Assembly: GCA_044344255.1 (NCBI GenBank)
Contig: JBIJDH010000003.1
Span: forward strand, 128,001-192,000
DNA: 64,000 bases
DNA from: Myxococcota bacterium
GTDB taxonomy: Bacteria; Myxococcota_A; UBA796; UBA2385
Direction of reading: 5' to 3'
Part shown: in pieces, positions 54,928 to 64,000 of the stretch
How positions within the stretch are numbered: the first letter of the stretch is position 1
Layout: every line of letters begins with the position of its first letter
Made by a program: the position numbers and the translations under genes
Notes under the pieces: model-generated
Told to the model about the DNA's origin: nothing
Database searches by the model: none
The model's input: only the letters and a program-made list of their open reading frames with translations

Positions 54928-56412
54928 TCAGGGCTCCTCCACGAGGGCGAAGCCGAGGCGGCCCATCACGGCCATGATCTCTACCTGCCGGTCGAGGTCC
55001 CCCTCCACCAGCTTTACGTGGGTGGCGTCGGCGGGGAGCTGACCAAAGGTGGGGTCGACCGGCACCCAGTCGGTCGGGCCTCCGAGCCGGACCTCGGGCC
55101 AGGCATGGTAGTAGAAGGCGGGCTGATTCCCCATTCTGTCGGACCACACGACCCCGGCCGCGATCCGGGCCGGGATGCCGGCGGCGCGGGCGAGCGAGAC
55201 AAAGAGGGCGGTGTGCTCATTGCAGTCGCCCCGGGCCTCACGGAGCACCTCCAGGCCGTTGGGGACACCGAGCGTGGGCACCTTCTCGACATAGCGGTAG
55301 ACGAAGTCGACGAGGCGGCGGACCGCGGTGAGGCGGTCGGTGGCGTCGCCGATGACCTCGGCGGCGCGGATGCGGAGCTCGGGGTGGGAGGCGGGCAGCG
55401 TGAGGGTGGACACCAGCCACTGGGGGTCGCTGTCGTCGCGCACCGGGAGCGTCGGGAGCTCGTCCAGCGCGGGGATCTTGATCCGCACGATGTCGTCGGT
55501 GATCGTCTGCAGCGGGGGAGCGCTCCAGACCCGCGATGGCTCGACCCCCTTGATGCGGAGGGTGAGGCGATGTCGCTCCCGGGCGCCCTTCAGCCTCCCT
55601 TCGAGCTGTACCGCGGAGAGGCCGATGAGGTCGGTGGGTTCGGCGGAGGTGGGGATGTCCCGCGCGTCCTCGGGCGTCATCCGCACGAGGCTCAGGCCAA
55701 GAGGGGTCTCCTCGCGCAGCGCCTCCCCGGTGGGGGTCACGAGGGCCCGGGTGGTGGTGCCGCCGTGGCTGGTGCTGAGCCAGTAGGCCTCTTCGCCGTT
55801 GTCGAGGATCACCAGGTCGTCGACCCGGATCTCCATCTGGTCCTCCTTCAGGATCAGGGGATCGAAGTAGGGGACCGAGAAGCGGAGCCCCGGGGTGAGC
55901 GCGGTCCGCCGCAGCACCGCCTCCAGGGAGAGGCTCACCTGCGGGGGGGCGGAGGTGGCGAAGTCGACCGTGTTGGTCTCACCGGCTTGCGTGACCTCCA
56001 TGCTGATGTGGCTGCCCTCGACCTTGGCTCGCGCGCTGATGCGGGTGTCGCCGGAGGCCATGAACGAGTCGAAACGAAGCAGCGCGCCCGCGGGGTCGAC
56101 GAGCGCGGCGCTGGCGGTCACCACCTCGTTGATCTTGCCGAAGGTGACGATGCGAAAGCTCGATCGCTCCTCGAAGAGGGTGCCGCCGCCCGACACCGGC
56201 GACGAGCGGGTGACCGAGTAGCCGACGTGCTGATCCTGGAGGAAGAAGCCGTACCAACGCTCGAGCGATGGGCCTGTGGCGAGCGCCGCGCCGTCCAAGG
56301 GGACGAGCTCGCCGTCTTGATCTCCGGACCACAGCATCCCGGCCGCGAGCAGCACGAACAGGATCGCGGCGCTGATCTCGACCGCCAGCAGCGAAGTTGG
56401 GTGTCGTCGCAC
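54928..56412 (-). CDS. Membrane-anchored transglutaminase-like protein
   Basis: N-terminal TM helix. GDCNEH...YHAWPEV...VDPT Cys-His-Asp triad. GTG start at 56412 is inferred. Confidence 0.88.
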   Translation of the reverse strand: MRRHPTSLLAVEISAAILFVLLAAGMLWSGDQDGELVPLDGAALATGPSLERWYGFFLQDQHVGYSVTRSSPVSGGGTLFEERSSFRIVTFGKINEVVTASAALVDPAGALLRFDSFMASGDTRISARAKVEGSHISMEVTQAGETNTVDFATSAPPQVSLSLEAVLRRTALTPGLRFSVPYFDPLILKEDQMEIRVDDLVILDNGEEAYWLSTSHGGTTTRALVTPTGEALREETPLGLSLVRMTPEDARDIPTSAEPTDLIGLSAVQLEGRLKGARERHRLTLRIKGVEPSRVWSAPPLQTITDDIVRIKIPALDELPTLPVRDDSDPQWLVSTLTLPASHPELRIRAAEVIGDATDRLTAVRRLVDFVYRYVEKVPTLGVPNGLEVLREARGDCNEHTALFVSLARAAGIPARIAAGVVWSDRMGNQPAFYYHAWPEVRLGGPTDWVPVDPTFGQLPADATHVKLVEGDLDRQVEIMAVMGRLGFALVEEP

Positions 56413-56536
56413 GCAGATCCCGAGCCTTGGAGCGGGCGGTGGCGGGTGGCGTCCGCCAAGCGGCTTGGAGGGACGGGAAGGGCTAACATGAGGCACACCG
56501 TCGCCGGGTTGGGTCGGGCGCGCGCGGAGCACACAC

Positions 56537-57802
56537 GTGAAGATCTCAGCCTGGGGCGCCACGGACGTTGGACAGACTCGAAAGGTGAACGAGGACACCT
56601 TCCTTCTGGTGCCGGAGCTTGGCTTGGCTGCGGTCGCCGACGGCATGGGCGGCTTCGCGCGGGGGGACGTCGCCTCTCAGCTCGCGTGCAACGTCCTCCG
56701 CGAGTCGGTCACCGCGCACCGCAGCGTGCTGGAGCTCTTTCGGCGGAGCCCCACCGACGCCACACGGGGTGCCGTTCGCGCGATGTTGGAGACGGCGATC
56801 CAGCACGCATGTGAGGAGGTCCACCAGGCCGCGGTGGCGATCACGGGCGAAGGGGGCAGGATGGGCACCACGATGGACGCCCTGCTCATCATCGAGGGCA
56901 CCGCCTTCCTGGCCCACGTCGGCGACGGGCGGGTCTTCCTGCTGCGCGGCCTCGAGGCCCACCAGCTCACCGAAGACCACAGCCTCGTCCAAGAGCAGCT
57001 CCGAGACGGCACGCTCTCCCCGGAGGGGGCGAGGAAGGCCCGGAACCGGAACGTCATCACCCGCGCCCTCGGGGTCTTCCCCTCGGTGAACGTCGATACC
57101 CTCCACTTCGAGCTGGAGCTGGGCGACCGGATGCTCCTGTGCAGCGATGGACTGCATCGGTATGTCGGCCTGCGGGAGGTCGCGCTCACCCTGAGCGGGA
57201 CGGTCGAGGGGGCCACCGCCACAGAGCTCGTCCAGACGGCCAACGGTCGCGGCGGACGCGACAACATCACCGCCCTCGTGCTGCGGGTGGATGAGAAGCT
57301 GGGGGCCGAGGCGCTCTCCTCCAATCGCGCGCACCTGAACATGCTGCGACGGGTCGACCTCTTTCAATACTGTACTTCTCGCGAGCTCACGCACATCTGC
57401 CAGATCGCCAGTGAGCGGCGACCGCTCGCCGGCAGCGTGCTCTTTCGAGAAGGCGAGGCGGGGAGGGAGTGCTTCTTCGTCGCCTCGGGCTCGGTCGCGA
57501 TCGACAAGGCCGAGGTGCGCCTCGCGACGATGCGCTCCGGAGACTACTTCGGTGAGATGAGCCTGATCGACATGCCCCAGCGCTCGGCGGACGCCGTGGT
57601 CCTCGAAGACTCCGTGGTGTTGGTCATCCACCGTGATCGTTTACTGCAGCTCCTCAAGGAGGACAGTGATCTCGGCGTGAAGCTGATGTGGCAGCTCCTC
57701 CAGAAGCTCTCCCGCGTCGTCCGGAGCTCAAACGAGAAGCTCGTGGCGGAGACCGTTCCCTTCGAACCCTTGGATGGAGACTCCGTCGACTCCGTTGATT
57801 GA
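56537..57802 (+). CDS. PP2C/PPM Ser/Thr phosphatase fused to a cyclic nucleotide-binding domain
   Basis: NED, VADGMGG, MGTT, HVGD, CSDG and GGRDNIT, followed by FGEMSL..PQRSA (cNMP phosphate-binding cassette). Confidence 0.93.
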   Translation: MKISAWGATDVGQTRKVNEDTFLLVPELGLAAVADGMGGFARGDVASQLACNVLRESVTAHRSVLELFRRSPTDATRGAVRAMLETAIQHACEEVHQAAVAITGEGGRMGTTMDALLIIEGTAFLAHVGDGRVFLLRGLEAHQLTEDHSLVQEQLRDGTLSPEGARKARNRNVITRALGVFPSVNVDTLHFELELGDRMLLCSDGLHRYVGLREVALTLSGTVEGATATELVQTANGRGGRDNITALVLRVDEKLGAEALSSNRAHLNMLRRVDLFQYCTSRELTHICQIASERRPLAGSVLFREGEAGRECFFVASGSVAIDKAEVRLATMRSGDYFGEMSLIDMPQRSADAVVLEDSVVLVIHRDRLLQLLKEDSDLGVKLMWQLLQKLSRVVRSSNEKLVAETVPFEPLDGDSVDSVD

Positions 57803-57825
57803 GGAGGTCACAGTCTAAGCGACTC

Positions 57826-57885
57826 GGGAGTCGAGGGGGGGGGAGTCGAGGGGGGGGGAGTCGAGGGGGGGGGAGTCGAGGGGAG
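57826..57885. repeat. Intergenic G-rich tandem repeat, 4 x 15 bp (GGGAGTCGAGGGGGG)
   Basis: Three perfect copies and one near-perfect copy between convergent PP2C and lepB stop codons. Confidence 0.92.
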
Positions 57886-57897
57886 GGAGCGGCCTCG

Positions 57898-58764
57898 TCA
57901 GTACAGGCTGCTCGGGAAACGATCGCTGCGGAACTCGCCGAAGATCGGGATGCCCTGCTTACATTGGTCGTAGGAGAGCCAGATGTAGTGGGCTTTCCCC
58001 TTGATCGCGCGCAAGGGAACAAGCCCCCAGAAGCGACTGTCGGCGGAGTGGTCTCGATTGTCGCCCATCACAAAGATGTGGTCGTCGGGGATGGTCTTCG
58101 GGCCGTAGTCGGGGACGTGCTCGCCGTAGCTGGAGGAGACGAGCATGGAGTGTTTCATGTCGCCGAGCGACTCTTCGAGGCGCCGCGTGGGGTTCTCGCG
58201 GCAGCCCGGCGCGTCGATGAAGGTGTAGTCGTCTTCGTACCGCTGCTCCTGCGCGACGCCGTTGATGTAGAGCACGTTGCTCTTCACCTGGATGGTGTCG
58301 CCGGGGAGGCCGACCACCCGCTTTACGTAGTCGAGGGTGGCGGTGCCCGGAATGGTGACCGGCAAGCCGAGCCCATGGAGGTCAATCGAGGGGAAGGGGA
58401 GATCGACCCAGTAGGAGATTCCCTTGGGATCGTCCTCAGGAGGGTAGACGAAGACGACGATGTCACCACGGGCCGGCACCTTGAGATCGCTCAAGGGGAC
58501 GCGGGTGAGGGGGATGCGGAAGCCATAGGAGAACTTGGTGACCAAGATGTGGTCGCCGATCTGCAGGGTGGGCACCATCGAGCCGGAGGGGATCCGGAAG
58601 GGTTCGGCCAGCACCGAGCGGATCAGCAGCACGGTCAAGAGGGCGGGGCCCCAGGTCTTGACGAGGTCCCAGACCCAGTCGAGGAAGCGTCTCCCGGCGC
58701 CTCGGTCATCTGAGGTGTCGAGATCGTCATCGTCTTCGGAGGGACGGTTGTTGTTTTCGGCCAC
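57898..58764 (-). CDS. lepB: Signal peptidase I
   Basis: IPSGSM, YVKRVVGLPGD and MGDNRDHSADSRFWG. Confidence 0.96.
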   Translation of the reverse strand: MAENNNRPSEDDDDLDTSDDRGAGRRFLDWVWDLVKTWGPALLTVLLIRSVLAEPFRIPSGSMVPTLQIGDHILVTKFSYGFRIPLTRVPLSDLKVPARGDIVVFVYPPEDDPKGISYWVDLPFPSIDLHGLGLPVTIPGTATLDYVKRVVGLPGDTIQVKSNVLYINGVAQEQRYEDDYTFIDAPGCRENPTRRLEESLGDMKHSMLVSSSYGEHVPDYGPKTIPDDHIFVMGDNRDHSADSRFWGLVPLRAIKGKAHYIWLSYDQCKQGIPIFGEFRSDRFPSSLY

Positions 58765-58972
58765 CCTGCTTCTCCCTGCCTGTGCTGCGCTCGGCCCCTG
58801 GCCGGGCCGAGCCCGGTAACCGACGGCACGCGCCTGTGGGGATCCTCAACTTCACATCGGCCCGTCCGCTCGAGGCGCCCTCGGATGGCGGCAGCGGAGA
58901 GACGGCCGGCCAGCTAACCCGGGGTGGCAGGATTACCCTCCATGGGTAGGGGTGTCCGAACCGGGAGCGAGC

Positions 58973-59584
58973 ATGGGGATGCGAAGATTGGAGGCGCTGT
59001 TCCGCGAAGGTGAGGTCCCCGACGCCACCGCTGCTGACCCGCTCCTCGTCGCCCCCTCCGAGGTCCACGTGGCCTCCGCGGTCGCCGTGGTGTTTCGACC
59101 GGGAGGAGAGCTGTTGTTCATCCGACGGGCCGATCGGGTCGGAGATCCCTGGAGCGGTCACATGGCCTTCCCCGGTGGGAAGGCCGAGCCGGGCGACGAG
59201 TCCCTCCGGCACACCGCAGAGCGGGAGGCGCTGGAGGAGGTGGGGCTCGCGCTTGGGCGGGGCGGGCGCTTCCTGGGCCGCCTCCCCAGCTTGGTCACCC
59301 CCCTCCGGATCGCAGGACGGCGCCATCGCGTCACCCCTTTCGTGTACACGCTGGACGACCACCCATCTCTCCTCCCCAACGCCGAGGTGGCCTCCGTCCA
59401 TTGGTTCCATCTCGACCGGCTGGTCCGTGGAGAGGGGCGTGGGACGATGCGCTACCCGTTTGGGGGCGCGGAGGTGGAGCTGCCGGTGGTCGAGATCGAA
59501 GGCACGCGCATCTGGGGGCTCACCCTTCGAATGGTGGACGACCTCTTGGAGCGGCTCGCCGAGGGGCGCTCAGGTTCAAAGTGA
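58973..59584 (+). CDS. Nudix hydrolase, CoA pyrophosphatase family
   Basis: WSGHMAFPGG, AEREALEEVG, NAEV and IWGLT. Confidence 0.92.
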   Translation: MGMRRLEALFREGEVPDATAADPLLVAPSEVHVASAVAVVFRPGGELLFIRRADRVGDPWSGHMAFPGGKAEPGDESLRHTAEREALEEVGLALGRGGRFLGRLPSLVTPLRIAGRRHRVTPFVYTLDDHPSLLPNAEVASVHWFHLDRLVRGEGRGTMRYPFGGAEVELPVVEIEGTRIWGLTLRMVDDLLERLAEGRSGSK

Positions 59585-59617
59585 GCTAGGCTGCGACGAT
59601 CACCCCCGGGGCCCCTC

Positions 59618-59992
59618 ATGTCCTCCCTTGAGATGATGGATGAGTCCGCCGACCCCGCCGAGATCGAGGCAGAGGCCACGACGGCGATCTGGTGTGGGAT
59701 GGGCGGGCTGGTCTGCGCCTCCCTCTCCCCCTTCGCCTGTTACCTCCCGGCCTTCATCGGCGTCGGGTTGGCCGGTTACGGCGTGTGGAAGTCGTGGAGC
59801 GTGCAGCAGCGTCTGCCGGCGGAGGACTCCCCGGTTCGAACGCTCTCCAACGTGGGGATGGTCGCTGGGGGCGTGGGCTTCCTGCTCGCCGGTCTGTACT
59901 GCGCCATCATCCTGTTTGTGATCATCGTGTATGGTCTGATGTTCCTGTTCATGATGTTCGCAGGGGCGCTCGGCGTCGCTGGCGTCCACTAG
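59618..59992 (+). CDS. Small membrane protein (DUF4190-like)
   Basis: Hydrophobic Gly/Cys-rich helices; acidic N-terminus. Confidence 0.6.
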   Translation: MSSLEMMDESADPAEIEAEATTAIWCGMGGLVCASLSPFACYLPAFIGVGLAGYGVWKSWSVQQRLPAEDSPVRTLSNVGMVAGGVGFLLAGLYCAIILFVIIVYGLMFLFMMFAGALGVAGVH

Positions 59993-60031
59993 CGGCCGGC
60001 ATCGTCCCTTCGCGACGATCGACGACGGGGC

Positions 60032-60613
60032 TCACTCGGGGACGACGCCGCTCGTCGGTGAGCCGCCGACCCACCGCCACGTGCCCGCAATCTTGCCGTC
60101 CCGGTCCCACTCGGACCAGTAGCCCTCGCGAATACCGCCCACATAAGGGCCACACTCCTTGATCTTTCCGCTCGGGTGCAACCCTACATAGGGCCCGTGG
60201 CGCACCCCGTTCGAGAGCGCACAAAACTCCCGGTTGTGGTCGTGGCGCTCGTCCTTCCAGGTGGTGCCTTCTGGGCAGGTCTCAATGTGAGCGGTGGCGC
60301 AGACCTGATCGTAGCGGACCTCGACCGGAGGGAGGTCGTCGGGCACTTCGGGACCGACCCGCTGCACCTGCGGGGCCTGGATCCCCGAGCCCTGGGCGCC
60401 GTCGGATCGAGCGGGGGCTCCCGCCTCGCCCTCACTCCTTCGAGCCGTGCGCTCCTCGGCGGGGCCGGAGCCGACCACGGTCTGTTGACCCTCCCGCTTG
60501 GACCAAGGCTTGGGGATGCTCGATCCGCAGGCGACGGCGGCTGAGCAAGCCCAGACGAGCAGCGCGCGGGAGAGCGCGGGGGCGTGCGGTTGGGGGCGGA
60601 GAGTCTGGGGCAT
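60032..60613 (-). CDS. Lipoprotein with MORN-variant repeats
   Basis: AVAC lipobox. RHGPYVGLHPSGKIKECGPY..GIREGYWSEW repeats. Confidence 0.7.
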   Translation of the reverse strand: MPQTLRPQPHAPALSRALLVWACSAAVACGSSIPKPWSKREGQQTVVGSGPAEERTARRSEGEAGAPARSDGAQGSGIQAPQVQRVGPEVPDDLPPVEVRYDQVCATAHIETCPEGTTWKDERHDHNREFCALSNGVRHGPYVGLHPSGKIKECGPYVGGIREGYWSEWDRDGKIAGTWRWVGGSPTSGVVPE

Positions 60614-60671
60614 GGGGGGCTCCGAGGCACGTTCGGGCGCTCGGCGGGCCGAGCGCGGAGAGGCGTTGGGC

Positions 60672-61232
60672 TCAGGGCGCGCCATCGTCGAGGCCCCGGA
60701 CGGCCTGGAGCAGAGCGTCGCGGTCCTCCATCACCGGAAAGAAGCCACGGATGTGGGCCGCCCCGTCCACGAGGACGAAGCGCTCGCTGTGCAAAATGGA
60801 GGGCACGCCGGCGCCGTCAGCGCTGCGCTCGAGGCCCTGCTGAAACCCGGCGATCACCGCGTCGACCTCGGCCCGCTCTCCGGTCAAAAGCGACCAGGGG
60901 AGGGGGTGCTCACCAAACGCCCTCGCGTACTGGGCGAGGACATCGGGACGGTCGAATTCGGGGTCGACGGAGATCGACAAGAGCTGAAGCGGCGCGCCTC
61001 CCGCCTCCGAGGGGAGCTCATGGGAGAGCGTCATCAGCTCGGCGCTGAGGCGAGGGCACTGCTCGGTACAGCGGGTGAAGATGAAGTCCACCACGCTCAC
61101 CCGACCTGCGAGCTGCGCCGAGGTGAAGGGAGCACCGCGCTGGTCGACGAGCGAGATCGTCGGAGCGGGGCCGAAGTCTTCCGGGGGCGTGGCGCGGGTG
61201 CAGGCCGTGGCCAACAGCCAGAGGGTGATCAC
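60672..61232 (-). CDS. SCO1/SenC family copper chaperone
   Basis: GTG start overlaps the cyoE stop. FIFTRCTEQCP, SISVDP and ILHS. Confidence 0.9.
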   Translation of the reverse strand: MITLWLLATACTRATPPEDFGPAPTISLVDQRGAPFTSAQLAGRVSVVDFIFTRCTEQCPRLSAELMTLSHELPSEAGGAPLQLLSISVDPEFDRPDVLAQYARAFGEHPLPWSLLTGERAEVDAVIAGFQQGLERSADGAGVPSILHSERFVLVDGAAHIRGFFPVMEDRDALLQAVRGLDDGAP

Positions 61233-62188
61233 AGCCACTGATCCACGGTGAGCACGAAGAAGATTCCCGTCAGGTAGATCAGCGAGTAGAAGAAAAGCTT
61301 TCTCGCCCACTTCGCACCACCGCTGTCGCGATAGCCCTGCCAGGCCAGCCACAGGAAGCCGAAGCCGAGGAGGGAGCCGAGGCTCATGGTCAAGGGCCCC
61401 GCCAGCTCCACGTGGGCCAACACCGCGGGCATCGGCACGAGGGGGAGGGTGTAGAGCAACATCTGTCGCCGGGTGGCCTCTTCTCCGTGCTCGCTCGGGA
61501 AGACGACGAGGCCTGCCGCCTCGTACTCCGCGCGTCGGTAGATGCCGATGGCCAACGAGTGGGGGATCTGCCACAAGAACAGGAGGGCGAAGAGCACGAG
61601 CCCGCCGAGGTCGGCCGTCCCGGTGGCGGCCGTCCACCCGATCAGCGGAGGGAGGGCCCCGGGGATGGCGCCGATCAGCGTTGAGATGGAGCTGCGTCGT
61701 TTCAGCGGCGTGTAGACGAACACGTACAGGACGAGTGCCCCCGCGGCCAGGAGCGCCGCGAGGGGCGTGGTCAGCACCGCCAGCAGGGGGATGGACACCA
61801 AGGAGAGCGCGACGCCGAAGGCGAGGGCCAGCGTCGGGCTGAGGCGGCGCGCGGGCAGGGGGCGCCTGGCCGTGCGAGCCATCTCGCGGTCGGATTCGCG
61901 CTCGATGTAGTTGTTGAGCGCGTTGGCGCCGCCGACGACCATCGTGGTGCCCCCGATGGCGGCCATCGCCTGCCACCACGGCACCTCGACCCCGGAGAGC
62001 CACAGGCCGCCGCCTGCGGTCACCAGCACGAGCGAAGACAGCCTCGGCTTTGTGAGCGAGATCAGGTCTTGGGCGGTCCCGCGGAGCTTCGCGAGGGAGG
62101 AGCGCTCGTCTGGCGCGTCCGCGCCTGCGTCCTCGGGGCAGGAGGCGCTGGAGCCGGGCATCTGGACGCTGGCGGAGGGGCGGATCAT
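61229..62188 (-). CDS. cyoE: Protoheme IX farnesyltransferase (heme o synthase)
   Basis: LTKPRL, NNYIERESDREMARTARRPLP, YTPLKR, GAIPGALPP and WQIPH. Start uncertain. Confidence 0.95.
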   Translation of the reverse strand: MIRPSASVQMPGSSASCPEDAGADAPDERSSLAKLRGTAQDLISLTKPRLSSLVLVTAGGGLWLSGVEVPWWQAMAAIGGTTMVVGGANALNNYIERESDREMARTARRPLPARRLSPTLALAFGVALSLVSIPLLAVLTTPLAALLAAGALVLYVFVYTPLKRRSSISTLIGAIPGALPPLIGWTAATGTADLGGLVLFALLFLWQIPHSLAIGIYRRAEYEAAGLVVFPSEHGEEATRRQMLLYTLPLVPMPAVLAHVELAGPLTMSLGSLLGFGFLWLAWQGYRDSGGAKWARKLFFYSLIYLTGIFFVLTVDQWL

Positions 62189-62492
62189 CGTTCGCAGGCT
62201 CCCTTGTGCCCCAGGTCCGGCCCCTCGTCAAGCAAGCGTGGGTCGTCGGGCAAACACTGGAGGGCAAGGACGCCATCGGCACCGGGCGCGGAGGACAGCG
62301 GCCCCAGGGTTCCGCGAACAGGGAAGGTGAGGGTCGGTCTGAGGGTCGTCAAGTTCAGGTGGGGCGGGCGATCAGCGGGGAGTGAATTGCACGGATCCTG
62401 ACGCAGCCCCGGCCGTATGGCAATTCTCGACGCGCGTTGACGGGCTCGGAGGGCGAGGGTTAGGGCCCCGCACCTTCAGAGAGGTCCACTCC

Positions 62493-62732
62493 GTGAGCAG
62501 CTCCAACGCCTACCAGGGTGCGGAACCGACCGACGCCGAACTGGCGGCGATCGGCACCGAACCCGATGAAGTCCCGACGACCTTCCTCATGATCCTGGCG
62601 GGGGCCCTCTCCGTCGGGGTGGTGGTCACCGTCGCTGCGGTGGTGGTGTTCTTCCGCTTCGCGACGGCCCATGAGCTGAACGCCAAGGGCTACCCGATGG
62701 ACGCGGGCGCGACCTGGAGCGGCAACCCGTGA
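62493..62732 (+). CDS. Small single-TM protein heading the cytochrome oxidase operon
   Basis: GAGGT RBS before GTG, one TM helix, GTGA overlap with the SCO gene. Confidence 0.6.
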   Translation: MSSSNAYQGAEPTDAELAAIGTEPDEVPTTFLMILAGALSVGVVVTVAAVVVFFRFATAHELNAKGYPMDAGATWSGNP

Positions 62733-63562
62733 ACAGGGGGGCCCGTGGGCTCGCTTGGACGTCGCGCGGGGCCTTGGCCTGCGCGGCGCTCTTCGCGATG
62801 CCGTGGGCCCGGGCCGCGGAGCCTCTGCCGAGCGCGCTGGAAGGCGTGACCGTGGACGAGCACCTCGGTCAGCCCCTTGATCCGGAGCTGGTCTTCACCG
62901 ACCACACCGGGAAGCGGGTCCGCCTCGGAGACTACTTCGATGACGGCGTGCCGGTCATCCTCACGCTCAACTACTACACCTGCGGGACCCTCTGCAGCGT
63001 GGTGTTGAACGGAGTGACCGATGGCCTCCGGCAATTCGATTGGTCGCCAGGTGACCATTACCGTGTTTTGACCGTCAGCATCGATCCCACCGAGACCTCC
63101 GAGCTCGCGGCGACAAAGCGCGCGAGCTACCTCCAATCCCTCGGAAAGGGCGATGTGGACTGGAGCTTCCTCGTCGGCGAGGAGAGCCAGATCCAGGCCC
63201 TGGCTGGCGCGGTGGGCTTCCGGTACCACTATGACGAGGCGACTCAGCAGTACGCCCACCCTGCGGTGATCACGGTGATCTCACCGGGGGGGGCCGTTGC
63301 CCGATACCTCTACGGCTTCCAGTTTCCAGAGCGTGATCTCAAATTCGCGGTGATGGAGGCGGCGGAAGGTCGGGCGGGGAGCCCGATCGACAAGCTGATC
63401 CTGAGCTGCTTTCATTATGATTCGACGGCCGGCCGCTACACGCCGGCCGCATTCGGTGTCATGCGCCTCGGTGGTGTCCTCTCCCTCATTGGGCTGGGCG
63501 GGTTCACTTTGTCGTTGTGGCGTAGGGAACATATCAACCGGTCTCGTGGGAGTTCGACCTGA
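62729..63562 (+). CDS. SCO family protein (oxidase-operon type)
   Basis: YYTCGTLC, VSIDP, QYAHPA, RYLYG and CFHYD, plus a C-terminal TM helix. Confidence 0.9.
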   Translation: MNRGARGLAWTSRGALACAALFAMPWARAAEPLPSALEGVTVDEHLGQPLDPELVFTDHTGKRVRLGDYFDDGVPVILTLNYYTCGTLCSVVLNGVTDGLRQFDWSPGDHYRVLTVSIDPTETSELAATKRASYLQSLGKGDVDWSFLVGEESQIQALAGAVGFRYHYDEATQQYAHPAVITVISPGGAVARYLYGFQFPERDLKFAVMEAAEGRAGSPIDKLILSCFHYDSTAGRYTPAAFGVMRLGGVLSLIGLGGFTLSLWRREHINRSRGSST

Positions 63563-64000
63563 TGTCACCCATGCTCATGCCGCTGCTGGGTATCCGCGCG
63601 GCTCAGGCGGCCGAGAAGGCCACCTTCTGGCTCCCGCCCGCGGCGACCGAATACGCCAAGCAGACGGACTTCACGTTCTATTTCATTTACTGGATAGACC
63701 TCGTCTTCTTCATCGTGCTGATGGGGGCGACCCTCCTCTTCACGTTGAAGTATCGGCAGCGGAAGGAAGGTGAGAAGACCAGCCCGACCAAGGGCAGCCA
63801 CGCCCTTGAAGCGGTGTGGGCCATCTTCCCCACCTTCCTGCTGTTCGCGATGTTCTTCCTCGGGTTTCAAGGCTGGATCAACCAGGCGGTCCCCCCCGCT
63901 GACGCCATGGACATCCGCGTCACCGGGCAGAAGTGGAACTGGACCTTTCAGTACGCGAACGGCGTGACCACCTTCGCCAACCTCAAAGAGGGCGGCCTCT
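63562..64000 (+). CDS. coxB: Cytochrome c oxidase subunit II, N-terminal part (runs off window)
   Basis: Frame from ATG 63562 (not in the ORF track) reads MSPMLMPLLG...FWLPPAATEYAKQTDFTFYFIYW...KYR...HALEAVWAIFP...IRVTGQKWNWTFQY. Confidence 0.92.
   Translation, partial: MSPMLMPLLGIRAAQAAEKATFWLPPAATEYAKQTDFTFYFIYWIDLVFFIVLMGATLLFTLKYRQRKEGEKTSPTKGSHALEAVWAIFPTFLLFAMFFLGFQGWINQAVPPADAMDIRVTGQKWNWTFQYANGVTTFANLKEGGL

Noticed and set aside
60032..60613. MORN-variant protein as a toxin-antitoxin (YwqK-like) antitoxin
   Set aside because: It is a lipoprotein with no adjacent toxin gene, and these repeats are common in unrelated proteins.

Overview
Gene-dense, very GC-rich bacterial chromosomal segment, most likely from a Myxococcota-related organism. 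That placement is inferred from an ElbD-like ether-lipid enzyme, a PP2C-cNMP fusion and VWA/choice-of-anchor-D lipoproteins. I call 55 CDSs and found no rRNA, tRNA, CRISPR array or clear mobile element. The most unusual region is the left end (1-8369). It holds a tightly coupled minus-strand operon: a QueG/CblC-like Fe-S protein, a rubrerythrin-like protein that has lost most of its di-iron ligands, a GyrB ATPase-transducer module (no TOPRIM) fused in frame to a SAM methyltransferase, and a second paralogous methyltransferase. This operon is flanked by a B12-type radical SAM gene on one side and a divergent sulfotransferase-sulfotransferase-amidinotransferase-fold operon on the other, which makes it a candidate undescribed modification or biosynthetic system. 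Further on are a split elbB / elbCDE-like ether-lipid cluster (ElbD with an extra SCP2-like tail, a ferredoxin upstream), a MarR-linked Lol/FtsX-type export operon, a transglutaminase-ABC-MlaEF operon lacking MlaD, housekeeping genes (def, lepB, a TrmH-family methyltransferase, kynA, a prolyl oligopeptidase) and the start of a cytochrome c oxidase cluster. Several short 15-bp tandem repeats sit at gene ends. All calls come from motif recognition by eye; no database searches were run.
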